35,429 nucleotides of DNA from Bdellovibrionales bacterium. Lineage in GTDB: Bacteria > Bdellovibrionota > Bdellovibrionia > Bdellovibrionales > UBA840. Shown here in pieces: positions 19,394-27,112 of the stretch; position 1 is the first letter of the stretch, and each line of letters opens with the position of its first letter. A program made the position numbers and the translations under genes. A model generated the notes under the pieces. The model saw nothing but the letters and a program-made list of their open reading frames with translations, ran no database searches and was not told the origin of the DNA. Location of the stretch: NCBI GenBank assembly GCA_037969075.1, contig JBBKWS010000155.1, forward strand, positions 1-35,429. The letters are read 5' to 3'.

Positions 19394-20269
19394 GTAGCCA
19401 ATTAAATCTAAATCATCTCTTACAGGCAATGCACCATCATACAACAAATCCAAAGTGCCTAACTTATTTTCTTCAAATGGCGAAGAAGGTAGAACTAACA
19501 CGTCTCTCCCCATATCAAGTGCATAACGCGCGGTTATTAATGACCCGCTCTTACGCTTGGCCTCAACCACTAATAAAGCTTGTCCAAGTGAAGCCAGTAA
19601 ACGATTACGCTGATAAAAATGATGCTTTCGCATGAATTGCTCATAAGGATATTCAGACAATACGGCTCCACCCGTACCTAGTACATGCTCTATTTGTCTT
19701 TCAAAGTTTTGCGGATAAATACTACCAAGGCCAGAAGGAAGAATAGCTATCGTCGATCGCTTACAAAATACTGCAAGCGAATGTGACATCTGATCAACTC
19801 CGATAGCTGCCCCACTGACGGTAGTTATATTGTGTTTTCTTAATACATCTTGTAGATAGGTTTCTATCCAAACACAAGCATCTAAACTTGGATCTCTTGT
19901 ACCAACTACAGTTAAGCATGTTGATTGAAGAGGCTGTAGACTTCCAATATAAGTAAAAAATAATGGCGGCGTATCAATTGTTAAAAATCTATCTGGATAG
20001 CCATCAGAAAAATAATGTAAATAACGAATTCTTTTGGCTTCTAAAAGAGCTATGTCTTTTTTGGCCTGCTCAAACCAATTTGGCTTGTTAAGTAAGTATT
20101 GCTTTAATGATTCATTCGATAAGATATTAACCCAGTCTTTTTCACTGTCTAATTGATAAGCTCGAATCAATTCTAAATCTTGAAGTTTTAATGTATGTGT
20201 TTGTAGCCATAAACTTGATGCTAAAGTTAGTAAATCCATAAGGATTGGCTTATGCAGATTTCTTGCCAA
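19328..20269 (-). CDS. dprA: DNA-processing protein DprA (Smf)
   Basis: YP..F..I..PP, VVGTR, VSGAAIGVD, F.QRNRL, VVEAKRKSGSLITA..A...GRDV; start 20269 (TTG) or 20239 (ATG). Confidence 0.92.
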   Translation of the reverse strand: MARNLHKPILMDLLTLASSLWLQTHTLKLQDLELIRAYQLDSEKDWVNILSNESLKQYLLNKPNWFEQAKKDIALLEAKRIRYLHYFSDGYPDRFLTIDTPPLFFTYIGSLQPLQSTCLTVVGTRDPSLDACVWIETYLQDVLRKHNITTVSGAAIGVDQMSHSLAVFCKRSTIAILPSGLGSIYPQNFERQIEHVLGTGGAVLSEYPYEQFMRKHHFYQRNRLLASLGQALLVVEAKRKSGSLITARYALDMGRDVLVLPSSPFEENKLGTLDLLYDGALPVRDDLDLIGYLGPYFAKSKKGYGHKQDIGGP

Positions 20270-20311
20270 TCCAATAATCGATTATAAACTGTATTGAGTT
20301 ATTTTTATCCG

Positions 20312-22105
20312 TTATTCATCAAAAAAATCGGTCTCATCATTGATATCCTGTTCAATATCATCAAACTCATCAAAGTTATCTACGTTCGATGAGCCTGTAT
20401 CTGACGGACCATAAGAAAGCACTGTTGCTGCTCCGGTAAGATCTCCCACAGCTACAGCTTCAATTGCACTGCTAATAACACCAGTTGATCTTGTTGTCTG
20501 TACATCAATAATCTGCATGACCCCAATAACATTTGTATTATTCTCTACAAGCGTAGCTTTATTTCTAATTTTCTGATTTTTAATGATACGTAGCGCAGTT
20601 CCTTCTTGGATACCAGCATCACTGCCATTTGCCAAATAAACTATAGATCCGGTAGCAAGGACGCGCCTATGGTCATCGAACTCGGCACCAATAATTTCTG
20701 TATCTACTGAAACTATGGTCGGCTGTTTATTGATTGACTTAAGAGGGTACGCGCCTTTTCTAATAAAAGTTCCTTTAGCTATAGGGCTAGCTAGGTAAGT
20801 AACCATAGCTTTAAACACATTTTTTTCTGATGAAACTGCTTCAGTAACTTTTAAAGTGCCGTGCAATTCAATAGCGTAACCAACAACCTCACCTTTTTTA
20901 TCATGCAATTTGTCTTTAACTGCATATGAAACTAAACTATCACCCACACCAATCTGGTCCGATTCAATAAATACATTTTGATATAAATTTGCAGTATCTG
21001 AGCCCATTTCAATTTCAACAATCTTACCAATAACTGGCGGCTCTTCTTCTACAACATAGCTCGATAAGCGAATTACATTCGGAACTTGATTCGCCACCTT
21101 AGTAATTTTATCTGCTCCAAAGTCATCTTTCTTATTCGTAGTAAGATGCCAAGCTGCCAAGCTGGGGGGTATTTCTGTTAGCGGTGGCCTTTGCTCTTGC
21201 AAGGCTGGTAACTCAGGAATTTCAGCTAAGAGTTCTTCCTCAGGTGGTAATTCTTGCGGTAAATTCTCTTCACCAACTTCACCTTGTGACAACTGCGGGG
21301 CTGCCTGTAAATCACCTTCTACAAAAACTAATGGATCGCCTGGGCGAATATCATGCGGATTAGTAATTCCACTGTTGATTTGCCAAATTTTCGGCCAAAA
21401 ATATGGGTTACCAAATAAGGTCAAACTAATATCCCAAAGATTATCTCCTGATTGAACTCCGTAGGACTCAGCCTCTCTTCCTGCTGAGGCTTGCGACCAA
21501 GTTTCATCTAAATTTGCGTAGTTCTTAATATATTGGTAGGCATTAAATATAGATCTTTCTTTAGAAAGATTTGGTTCATCTGGTAGTGGTGCCAACATCT
21601 CTGGCACCTCATTAGTGGCCACAGGTAGTTCCTCTTGCAATGTCTCGGGAGCCGCTATCTCTTCTTGCGTATCGCTATCAGCACCAGGAATCACCATCTG
21701 TTCTTCTTCTGGCTCAGCTATTTGCTCAGGTATATCTTCAAACAAATCTTCTGTTGGGACTTCAATTTGGTCACCTGGGCTAGAGGCATTCTGTTCATCA
21801 ATATTTTCTTCTATCAAACTATTGTCATCTTTTTGATCTGGAACAGTGGCAATATCTTCTTCTGTACCTTCAAGCACATCTTCTAAATCTTGTTCGAAAC
21901 TATCAGATTCTACATCACTAATATCTTCTGCTGATGACTGCTCTTCTGTAAAATCAGAAGACTCTGTAACAACATCTCCACCTTCAGCCTCTAAAGCATC
22001 CAGCTCTTTCTCTAATTCTTCTAGCTCCGAAGCATCGTCTTGTGCATGCACACATACGCTAAAACTTAAAATTGCAGTAAGACCCAGAGCTATGAGTAAT
22101 TTCAT
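20312..22105 (-). CDS. Exported LysM protein, TsaP-like, with long acidic N-terminal region
   Basis: Signal peptide; YGVQSGDNLWDIS...PYFWPKIW..N..ITNPHDIRPGD LysM; directly upstream of dprA, a known tsaP context. Confidence 0.8.
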   Translation of the reverse strand: MKLLIALGLTAILSFSVCVHAQDDASELEELEKELDALEAEGGDVVTESSDFTEEQSSAEDISDVESDSFEQDLEDVLEGTEEDIATVPDQKDDNSLIEENIDEQNASSPGDQIEVPTEDLFEDIPEQIAEPEEEQMVIPGADSDTQEEIAAPETLQEELPVATNEVPEMLAPLPDEPNLSKERSIFNAYQYIKNYANLDETWSQASAGREAESYGVQSGDNLWDISLTLFGNPYFWPKIWQINSGITNPHDIRPGDPLVFVEGDLQAAPQLSQGEVGEENLPQELPPEEELLAEIPELPALQEQRPPLTEIPPSLAAWHLTTNKKDDFGADKITKVANQVPNVIRLSSYVVEEEPPVIGKIVEIEMGSDTANLYQNVFIESDQIGVGDSLVSYAVKDKLHDKKGEVVGYAIELHGTLKVTEAVSSEKNVFKAMVTYLASPIAKGTFIRKGAYPLKSINKQPTIVSVDTEIIGAEFDDHRRVLATGSIVYLANGSDAGIQEGTALRIIKNQKIRNKATLVENNTNVIGVMQIIDVQTTRSTGVISSAIEAVAVGDLTGAATVLSYGPSDTGSSNVDNFDEFDDIEQDINDETDFFDE

Positions 22106-22109
22106 TTTC

Positions 22110-22715
22110 CTACTTTATTTTTTTGTTTAGAAGCTTTGCCTGTAAGTTGGCATTATATGCCTCAGGAGTATTTGGATATTTTTTTTGTATCGCATGGAAC
22201 AAACTCAAAGCCTGCTTATTTAATTTAAGCTCTTTGTACGTTAACGCTTTACCATAAACTGCTGCGGGAATTTTTTCCGATTTAGGGTATTTTTTTAAAA
22301 TTGCATTATAAGCTTTTAATGCAGTTTTATGTTTACCTTTAGCCATTGAAGACTGAGCTGTCATATAATAAATTTCTGGAAAATACTTACTATTAGGATA
22401 ATTCTTTGATAGTAAGCGAAGAGCTTTTTTGTAATCAGCTTTTTGACCTCGTTCATAACTATCAGAAAATTTCTGAAAAATTGCTTTTTCACTAAAAGCT
22501 ACTGCATCATCAACTTGCTTATTTTTCTTAGCCTGCTTTGCCTCATCCATACCGAGTGATTTCTTCAGCACTGCATTTTCTAGCTTCAACTTTCTAATCT
22601 CGTCAGCTTGTTTTCCCACTTTGGCGTCCATTGACTGGATTTGCTGCTTTTTTGTTGTAGCCTCGGCATATAATAAATGTGGAACCAGTAATAATATTAG
22701 TATTGATATGCGCAT
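22110..22715 (-). CDS. Periplasmic coiled-coil + TPR protein, CpoB/YbgF-like
   Basis: Signal peptide, coiled coil, three TPRs ending YPNS/YPKS/YPNT; ATG 22715 after GGAGGGG. Confidence 0.8.
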   Translation of the reverse strand: MRISILILLLVPHLLYAEATTKKQQIQSMDAKVGKQADEIRKLKLENAVLKKSLGMDEAKQAKKNKQVDDAVAFSEKAIFQKFSDSYERGQKADYKKALRLLSKNYPNSKYFPEIYYMTAQSSMAKGKHKTALKAYNAILKKYPKSEKIPAAVYGKALTYKELKLNKQALSLFHAIQKKYPNTPEAYNANLQAKLLNKKIK

Positions 22716-22820
22716 AAGCCCCTCCCTGGACAATTTCTCTACCTTTATCCTAAGAAATCCTAGCGGATAAACAAGTGAAGCCAGCATAAGGTCATTACTA
22801 CTAGGCTTAGGGTTAGTTAC

Positions 22821-22843
22821 TTATCCACAAATAATGTGGACAT
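22821..22843. promoter_or_regulatory. Oppositely oriented DnaA-box pair
   Basis: TTATCCACA (22821-22829, perfect) and TGTGGACAT (22835-22843, two mismatches). Confidence 0.65.
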
Positions 22844-22987
22844 CAAAGGTATGAATAACCTAGACCAACGTAGTAACGCTACTTTCAGCGATTTGCTTAA
22901 ATTGTAGGAATCCCTAAGTATCTGTAATTACATGTGTATATCCATATAAACCACATTACGCAGAGTGATTATTTAAGATAATTTTAG

Positions 22988-23008
22988 AAAAGTCTAACAA
23001 AAGTCTAA
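22988..23008 (+). repeat. 10-bp direct repeat with 11-bp period
   Basis: AAAAGTCTAA at 22988-22997 and 22999-23008. Confidence 0.6.
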
Positions 23009-23126
23009 ATGAGGTAGTCCAAATACCTTCAGACACTATCCATAGTAGTTTATAAATATCAGATTCAACCCATTTCTAGATAACGAAATAACTCTGCCGA
23101 GCTTTCACTCAGGACTTCAAAACTAC

Positions 23127-23135
23127 TTATCCACA
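23127..23135 (+). promoter_or_regulatory. DnaA box upstream of the lexA promoter
   Basis: Perfect TTATCCACA. Confidence 0.65.
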
Positions 23136-23154
23136 GAATATTTATTCAGGCGGG

Positions 23155-23183
23155 TTGACTTACGCATAACTAGCGTCTTTAAT
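23155..23183 (+). promoter_or_regulatory. lexA sigma70 promoter (leaderless) with quasi-palindrome in the spacer
   Basis: TTGACT-N17-TTTAAT, 6 nt before ATG 23190; TTACGCATAA (TTAYGCRTAA) at 23160-23169. Confidence 0.65.
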
Positions 23184-23189
23184 CACTAT

Positions 23190-23801
23190 ATGGGATTAAC
23201 ACCGAAACAACACAAGTTACTTCAGTTCATAAACACTTACCAAAGTGAAAACGGCTACTCTCCTTCTCAGCGTGAGATAGCAAATCACTTTGGCTTCAAG
23301 TCACTAGGTACAGTGCAGAACTATCTTAAACGGTTACAAGACAACCAGTTCTTAAAAAAAGAATGGAACTCTAAGCGTGGCATTCAGGTCATGAATACCA
23401 CAAGTACTAGTGCCACTTCTACAAGCTCCGAAATCCCTCTTTTGGGTAAAGTTGCAGCAGGAAAGCCTTTACAATATGAACTAAACGAATCTATCGAAGT
23501 CCCGCAGTCTTTAATACAAAAAGCCGCAGACTACTTTGCCCTACTTGTTAGCGGTGACTCTATGGTTGATGACGGCATATTTGATGGTGATTTAGTGGTG
23601 ATTAAAAAGCAGACGTCGGCAAACCACGGTGAAACAGTTGTGGCGTCCTTAGATAACGAAGCTACTATTAAGCGTTTATACAAGCAAGACGGCCGCATAC
23701 AGCTGCTACCGGCCAATCCGAAGTATGAACCAATACCTGTTACTAATCAGAATCGTTTTGCTATTGAAGGTGTTTTAGTAGGTCTTGTCAGAAGATACTA
23801 A
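23190..23801 (+). CDS. lexA: SOS repressor LexA
   Basis: LT.KQ wHTH with PS.REIA, VAAG cleavage site, GDSM Ser, ATIKR Lys. Confidence 0.96.
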   Translation: MGLTPKQHKLLQFINTYQSENGYSPSQREIANHFGFKSLGTVQNYLKRLQDNQFLKKEWNSKRGIQVMNTTSTSATSTSSEIPLLGKVAAGKPLQYELNESIEVPQSLIQKAADYFALLVSGDSMVDDGIFDGDLVVIKKQTSANHGETVVASLDNEATIKRLYKQDGRIQLLPANPKYEPIPVTNQNRFAIEGVLVGLVRRY

Positions 23802-23802
23802 A

Positions 23803-23910
23803 GAATTCCTCATGCCCCCCTTATGAACATGAGGAATTCCTCTTACACTTTCTCCCTCGATTCCCCCAAGAAAGATTTTTTATTCTTTAGAAGTTCCCCA
23901 ACTTCTAAAG
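23803..23910. ncRNA. Candidate small RNA or structured element: two perfect hairpins with C-rich (+) / G-rich (-) loops
   Basis: 12-bp stem 23803-23814/23828-23839; 11-bp stem 23885-23895/23900-23910; four C tracts. Confidence 0.4.
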
Positions 23911-24007
23911 TGTTTATAGAAAATCACAGACAAAAAGTAAAATGACATGATTTTATGTAACCCATAAGTCAATTTTATCAAAAACAGCTCAGTTGGCCCA
24001 TATTACA

Positions 24008-24997
24008 TTACACCCACTTTGAAGATAAGAGATAATAATGCTTTAGCGATAAAAGTAAAGTTGCCTGAGCACTACGCTGATCTTTAACGGCTATATTTTT
24101 AACTAAAGACTCTATCCAGATTTTGTCCTCACCAGTAACCGCCAGCGGGATGTTTTGCACTGGATAGTCTCTGATCTCATTTTCTACTTTCATTTTTACT
24201 AAATCACTTTCTTGTATTTTAAATATTAAAGCTCTCCTCCCCTTGAGGTTCATATTTTTAAGGTAGGATTCACATTTTTTTTGTGTAAACTGACACGCCC
24301 CCCTCTTCCATGCATCAAGCTTTCCACAGGGACAAAATTTTCCTATAGCAATAAAGTTTTTTGTATCCTTCGTGGTTGCATTATTTTTTTCTAGGTTTTT
24401 ATACACGCGGACTGGCTCCTGGTGTAACTCAAAATAAATTTCTACTATATTAAAAATAAATTCGTCCACTAACGTATTATTGGCTACTAAGAATAGTATA
24501 GATTCCTTATTATAAAGAGCTGACAACAAAAGCGGTCCAAGACTTGGCGTCCATAGCATCTCTTTAGTCTTCGATTTTTTTTGCCACAAGATCTCGTGCA
24601 TTACGTTTAATTTTTTGCCACCCACTAAGTAGTTCATGCCATTTGGGATATAAGGTAGAAGCTCTGCTACTTCTTTTGTTGAAGAAGTTTTACCGTCAAA
24701 AGATAGGTTTCCAAATACGAAAGCCTCTTGGGTAGAGTTTACTATAGCTTGTTTCATTGCCATAAAAATTCCTAACTCTAAGCCATCGTGTGAACTTACA
24801 AAGGGATCAATACAAATATAGATTTTTTTGTTTCTAGGGGGACGCATTCCAAGCTGTATTAATAATAGCTTTGCTTTTGTAGCAGCGTCTTTAATAGATT
24901 TCGCAGAAGATCCTAAAATTTCTATTCTAGGAATTCCGGGTTGAAATCTAACTTCTATTCGATAAATTTTATTATTCTGTAAACTAAAAATGGCCAT
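24008..24997 (-). CDS. Highly diverged ComM/YifB (Mg-chelatase-like) protein lacking Walker motifs
   Basis: N-terminal IEVRFQPGIPRIEILG...LELGI...FGNLSFDG resembles the ComM Lon-like domain; CPCG motif kept; no GxxGxGK; start ATG 24997. Confidence 0.7.
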   Translation of the reverse strand: MAIFSLQNNKIYRIEVRFQPGIPRIEILGSSAKSIKDAATKAKLLLIQLGMRPPRNKKIYICIDPFVSSHDGLELGIFMAMKQAIVNSTQEAFVFGNLSFDGKTSSTKEVAELLPYIPNGMNYLVGGKKLNVMHEILWQKKSKTKEMLWTPSLGPLLLSALYNKESILFLVANNTLVDEFIFNIVEIYFELHQEPVRVYKNLEKNNATTKDTKNFIAIGKFCPCGKLDAWKRGACQFTQKKCESYLKNMNLKGRRALIFKIQESDLVKMKVENEIRDYPVQNIPLAVTGEDKIWIESLVKNIAVKDQRSAQATLLLSLKHYYLLSSKWV

Positions 24998-25009
24998 ATA
25001 AAGCTTAAA

Positions 25010-25025
25010 TACAAAAGGCGTGCCG
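25010..25025 (-). promoter_or_regulatory. Putative sigma54 promoter of the comM-like gene
   Basis: CGGCACG-CCTT-TTGTA versus TGGCACG-N4-TTGCW. Confidence 0.55.
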
Positions 25026-25069
25026 AGGGCCAAATCTATTCAGATTATAAATAAGAAAAAAATGTCCGA

Positions 25070-25948
25070 TTAATTATCTTTTAATTGAGAAAGCGGATGG
25101 TGCTCATTAACACTTTCCACCATTTTCTTTTGTGAAACACTTGTATAGATTTGAGTGGTCTGCAGACTTGCATGCCCTAAAAGCATTTGAATACTTCTTA
25201 AGTCCATTCCTGAATCTAAAAGTGCCGTTGCACAACCATGACGAAACCTATGCGGATGTACAGGCTCCGTAAAATTGGCTAACTGTGACCATGTTGAAAG
25301 CCAACGCCAAATATCTACGCGGGACGGACGCTTTCCACGATCATTAATTAACAATGCCTTTGCTTCGCTCTTAGAAAGATGTGGGCGAACTGCTATCGCA
25401 TAGGCTTTCAATTCTTTTTGTAGTTCTGAACTAACAGGAATTAAACGCTCTTTGCCACCTTTACCCAGTAATTTTACTAAAGACATGTCATCTTGAAAGT
25501 GATCCAAGTTAAGTCCTATTAATTCGCTGACTCTACAACCAAGCCCATATAACAAAAGCAAGGTGATTTGATTTCGCCCTTGCTTATAAACGTCTTCATT
25601 TTTACAAGCATCATATAATTTTTGAAACTCTTCTGTGGTAATAGGATTAGGTAGTCCTACTTTTACTTTTGGCGGCCTAAGGTCCCTGAGCTCTGGGGCT
25701 GTTTTACCGTTGGACTCACAAAATTTAAAATATGTTCTAAGACTACTAATAGCACGCGCTTGTGATCTAGTGCTTAAACCTTTTTTTTCTATAAAGCTGT
25801 AAAATGAATTGATACTGGCTTGTGGAAATTTATTTTTAAATTCATCGTATAAATCCAAATCGCGGCGATACGCTAAGACCGTGTTTTTTGATCTACCACG
25901 TACTTGCTCTAAATCTTCGAAGAATTCTACCCACATGCTAAGAGACAT
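25070..25948 (-). CDS. xerD: Tyrosine recombinase, XerD-like
   Basis: S.NT..AYRRDL N-terminus; GCRVSEL, GKGGKER, HPHRFRH, LGH, TTQIYT catalytic set intact. Confidence 0.85.
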   Translation of the reverse strand: MSLSMWVEFFEDLEQVRGRSKNTVLAYRRDLDLYDEFKNKFPQASINSFYSFIEKKGLSTRSQARAISSLRTYFKFCESNGKTAPELRDLRPPKVKVGLPNPITTEEFQKLYDACKNEDVYKQGRNQITLLLLYGLGCRVSELIGLNLDHFQDDMSLVKLLGKGGKERLIPVSSELQKELKAYAIAVRPHLSKSEAKALLINDRGKRPSRVDIWRWLSTWSQLANFTEPVHPHRFRHGCATALLDSGMDLRSIQMLLGHASLQTTQIYTSVSQKKMVESVNEHHPLSQLKDN

Positions 25949-26000
25949 ACTTGTATTAGTCCAAACTTTGACTGGCTTGGCAAGGATATATTTTCTTGCC

Positions 26001-26292
26001 TTATATATGGTCAGCTTTAACTTGATTATGTGCTCTGCAAAGTATTTGCAGGTTAGACAAGTCAGTCTCTCCTCCTTTTGCGACCAGCCGAATATGATCC
26101 ACCTCTAGATAGTGGGTTTGGTTGCAGCCTGGTATCTCACACTTGTATTTTGATTTTTTAAGTAAATAGTTTTTCAAACTAGGCGAGATATATCTTTTGT
26201 TTTTAGAGCTAGTACGACTGTAAGCACTTCAAGATTTTTGCTGTGACTCTTTTCTCTAAACGAACTAATTTTAAAAGTTGTGTATGTGTCAT
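26001..26292 (-). pseudogene. Split HNH endonuclease gene (not in ORF track)
   Basis: Frame 26228-26001: ...KRYISPSLKNYLLKKSKYKCEIPGCNQTHYLEVDHIRLVAKGGETDLSNLQILCRAHNQVKADHI*; separate 27-aa ATG frame 26292-26209 MTHTQLLKLVRLEKRVTAKILKCLQSY*. Confidence 0.8.
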
Positions 26293-26388
26293 TTAGGTAA
26301 AATACTTCAACTATTAAAAAATTCAACAAACGCATTTTGGACTAACGCAGAAACGAATTCGGACATACACGCAAAGTGCTTACAGTCG
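26215..26388. repeat. Perfect 15-bp inverted repeats bounding a 174-bp segment
   Basis: CGACTGTAAGCACTT (26215-26229) and AAGTGCTTACAGTCG (26374-26388). Confidence 0.9.
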
Positions 26389-26394
26389 AAAAAT

Positions 26395-26426
26395 AAAAAA
26401 GCGACCCTAGATAGGAGTCGCTTTTT
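26395..26426 (-). terminator. Rho-independent terminator of the lipoprotein operon (likely bidirectional)
   Basis: AAAAAAGCGAC-CCTAGATAGGA-GTCGCTTTTT. Confidence 0.85.
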
Positions 26427-26450
26427 AAAGAGGTAGTAATTTTAATTGTA

Positions 26451-27065
26451 TTACTGAATACCTAAGTAGTAGCTACGCGGACAAACCTGACCATTGATCG
26501 TAAATTCTACTACATAATCATAAATTACCAGACTATGCTGTACGGCATTTACATCAACCGCATTTACACCCATTGGCATCGGGCTAATCGCTGCATTATG
26601 TATGTACATCGAAGTCGAACTACCGCCCACACCTAATTGTAAGCCATCAACTGTATAATATGAGCTTAAAGATCCTGGCTGTATAGTTTGTAGCGGAATT
26701 ACTTGTCCTTGCGGAACGACAACAGTCACTCCATCGCATGTGATTGGCTGATTGGCATATATGAAGCCTTGAGCAGCTAATCCAGTATTTAATGGATATG
26801 TACCCCAAGCTGAGTTGGCACTACCAAAAAAGTTCAATACCACTTGAAATCTTTCTGCGTTAGCTGTGTCATAGTTTTTACCCATGGCACTTTTTGCGAG
26901 TGATGTACCGTACCCTGCAGGACATGCCGCACACACTAAACCACCAGTTGTATCGATTGGTGTTACAGCTGCACCGCCACCACCACTGTCATCACTGCAT
27001 GCTACGAACGACATAAAACTCAATGTCATTAGTATAAAATATATTGTTTTCTTTACTGTTTTCAT
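26451..27065 (-). CDS. Uncharacterised lipoprotein
   Basis: Lipobox FVA-C, Gly linker SDDSGGGG, CAAC motif, GAGG RBS. Confidence 0.85.
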   Translation of the reverse strand: MKTVKKTIYFILMTLSFMSFVACSDDSGGGGAAVTPIDTTGGLVCAACPAGYGTSLAKSAMGKNYDTANAERFQVVLNFFGSANSAWGTYPLNTGLAAQGFIYANQPITCDGVTVVVPQGQVIPLQTIQPGSLSSYYTVDGLQLGVGGSSTSMYIHNAAISPMPMGVNAVDVNAVQHSLVIYDYVVEFTINGQVCPRSYYLGIQ

Positions 27066-27112
27066 AACTACCTCTTAGTTTAGTTAATTTTATTTACCGT
27101 TTCTTTTCTTTT

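Noticed and set aside
22745..23135. oriC at the DnaA-box cluster
   Set aside because: No dnaA/dnaN/gidA/parAB nearby, only two perfect boxes, and spot counts show the + strand C-rich on both sides (no skew switch); full GC skew needed to exclude
23159..23186. dif site (CGCATAA resembles the XerC arm, xerD nearby)
   Set aside because: No TTATGTTAAAT-like XerD arm after a 6-bp spacer; sequence is explained as the lexA promoter
25070..25948. Phage or ICE integrase
   Set aside because: Size and motifs are those of chromosomal Xer recombinases; no phage or conjugation genes adjacent
25809..26108. 99-aa + strand ORF
   Set aside because: Antisense to xerD and to the HNH frame; no recognisable motifs
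26284..26436. About 50-aa + strand ORF through the right inverted repeat
   Set aside because: No RBS, runs through a terminator, no recognisable motif
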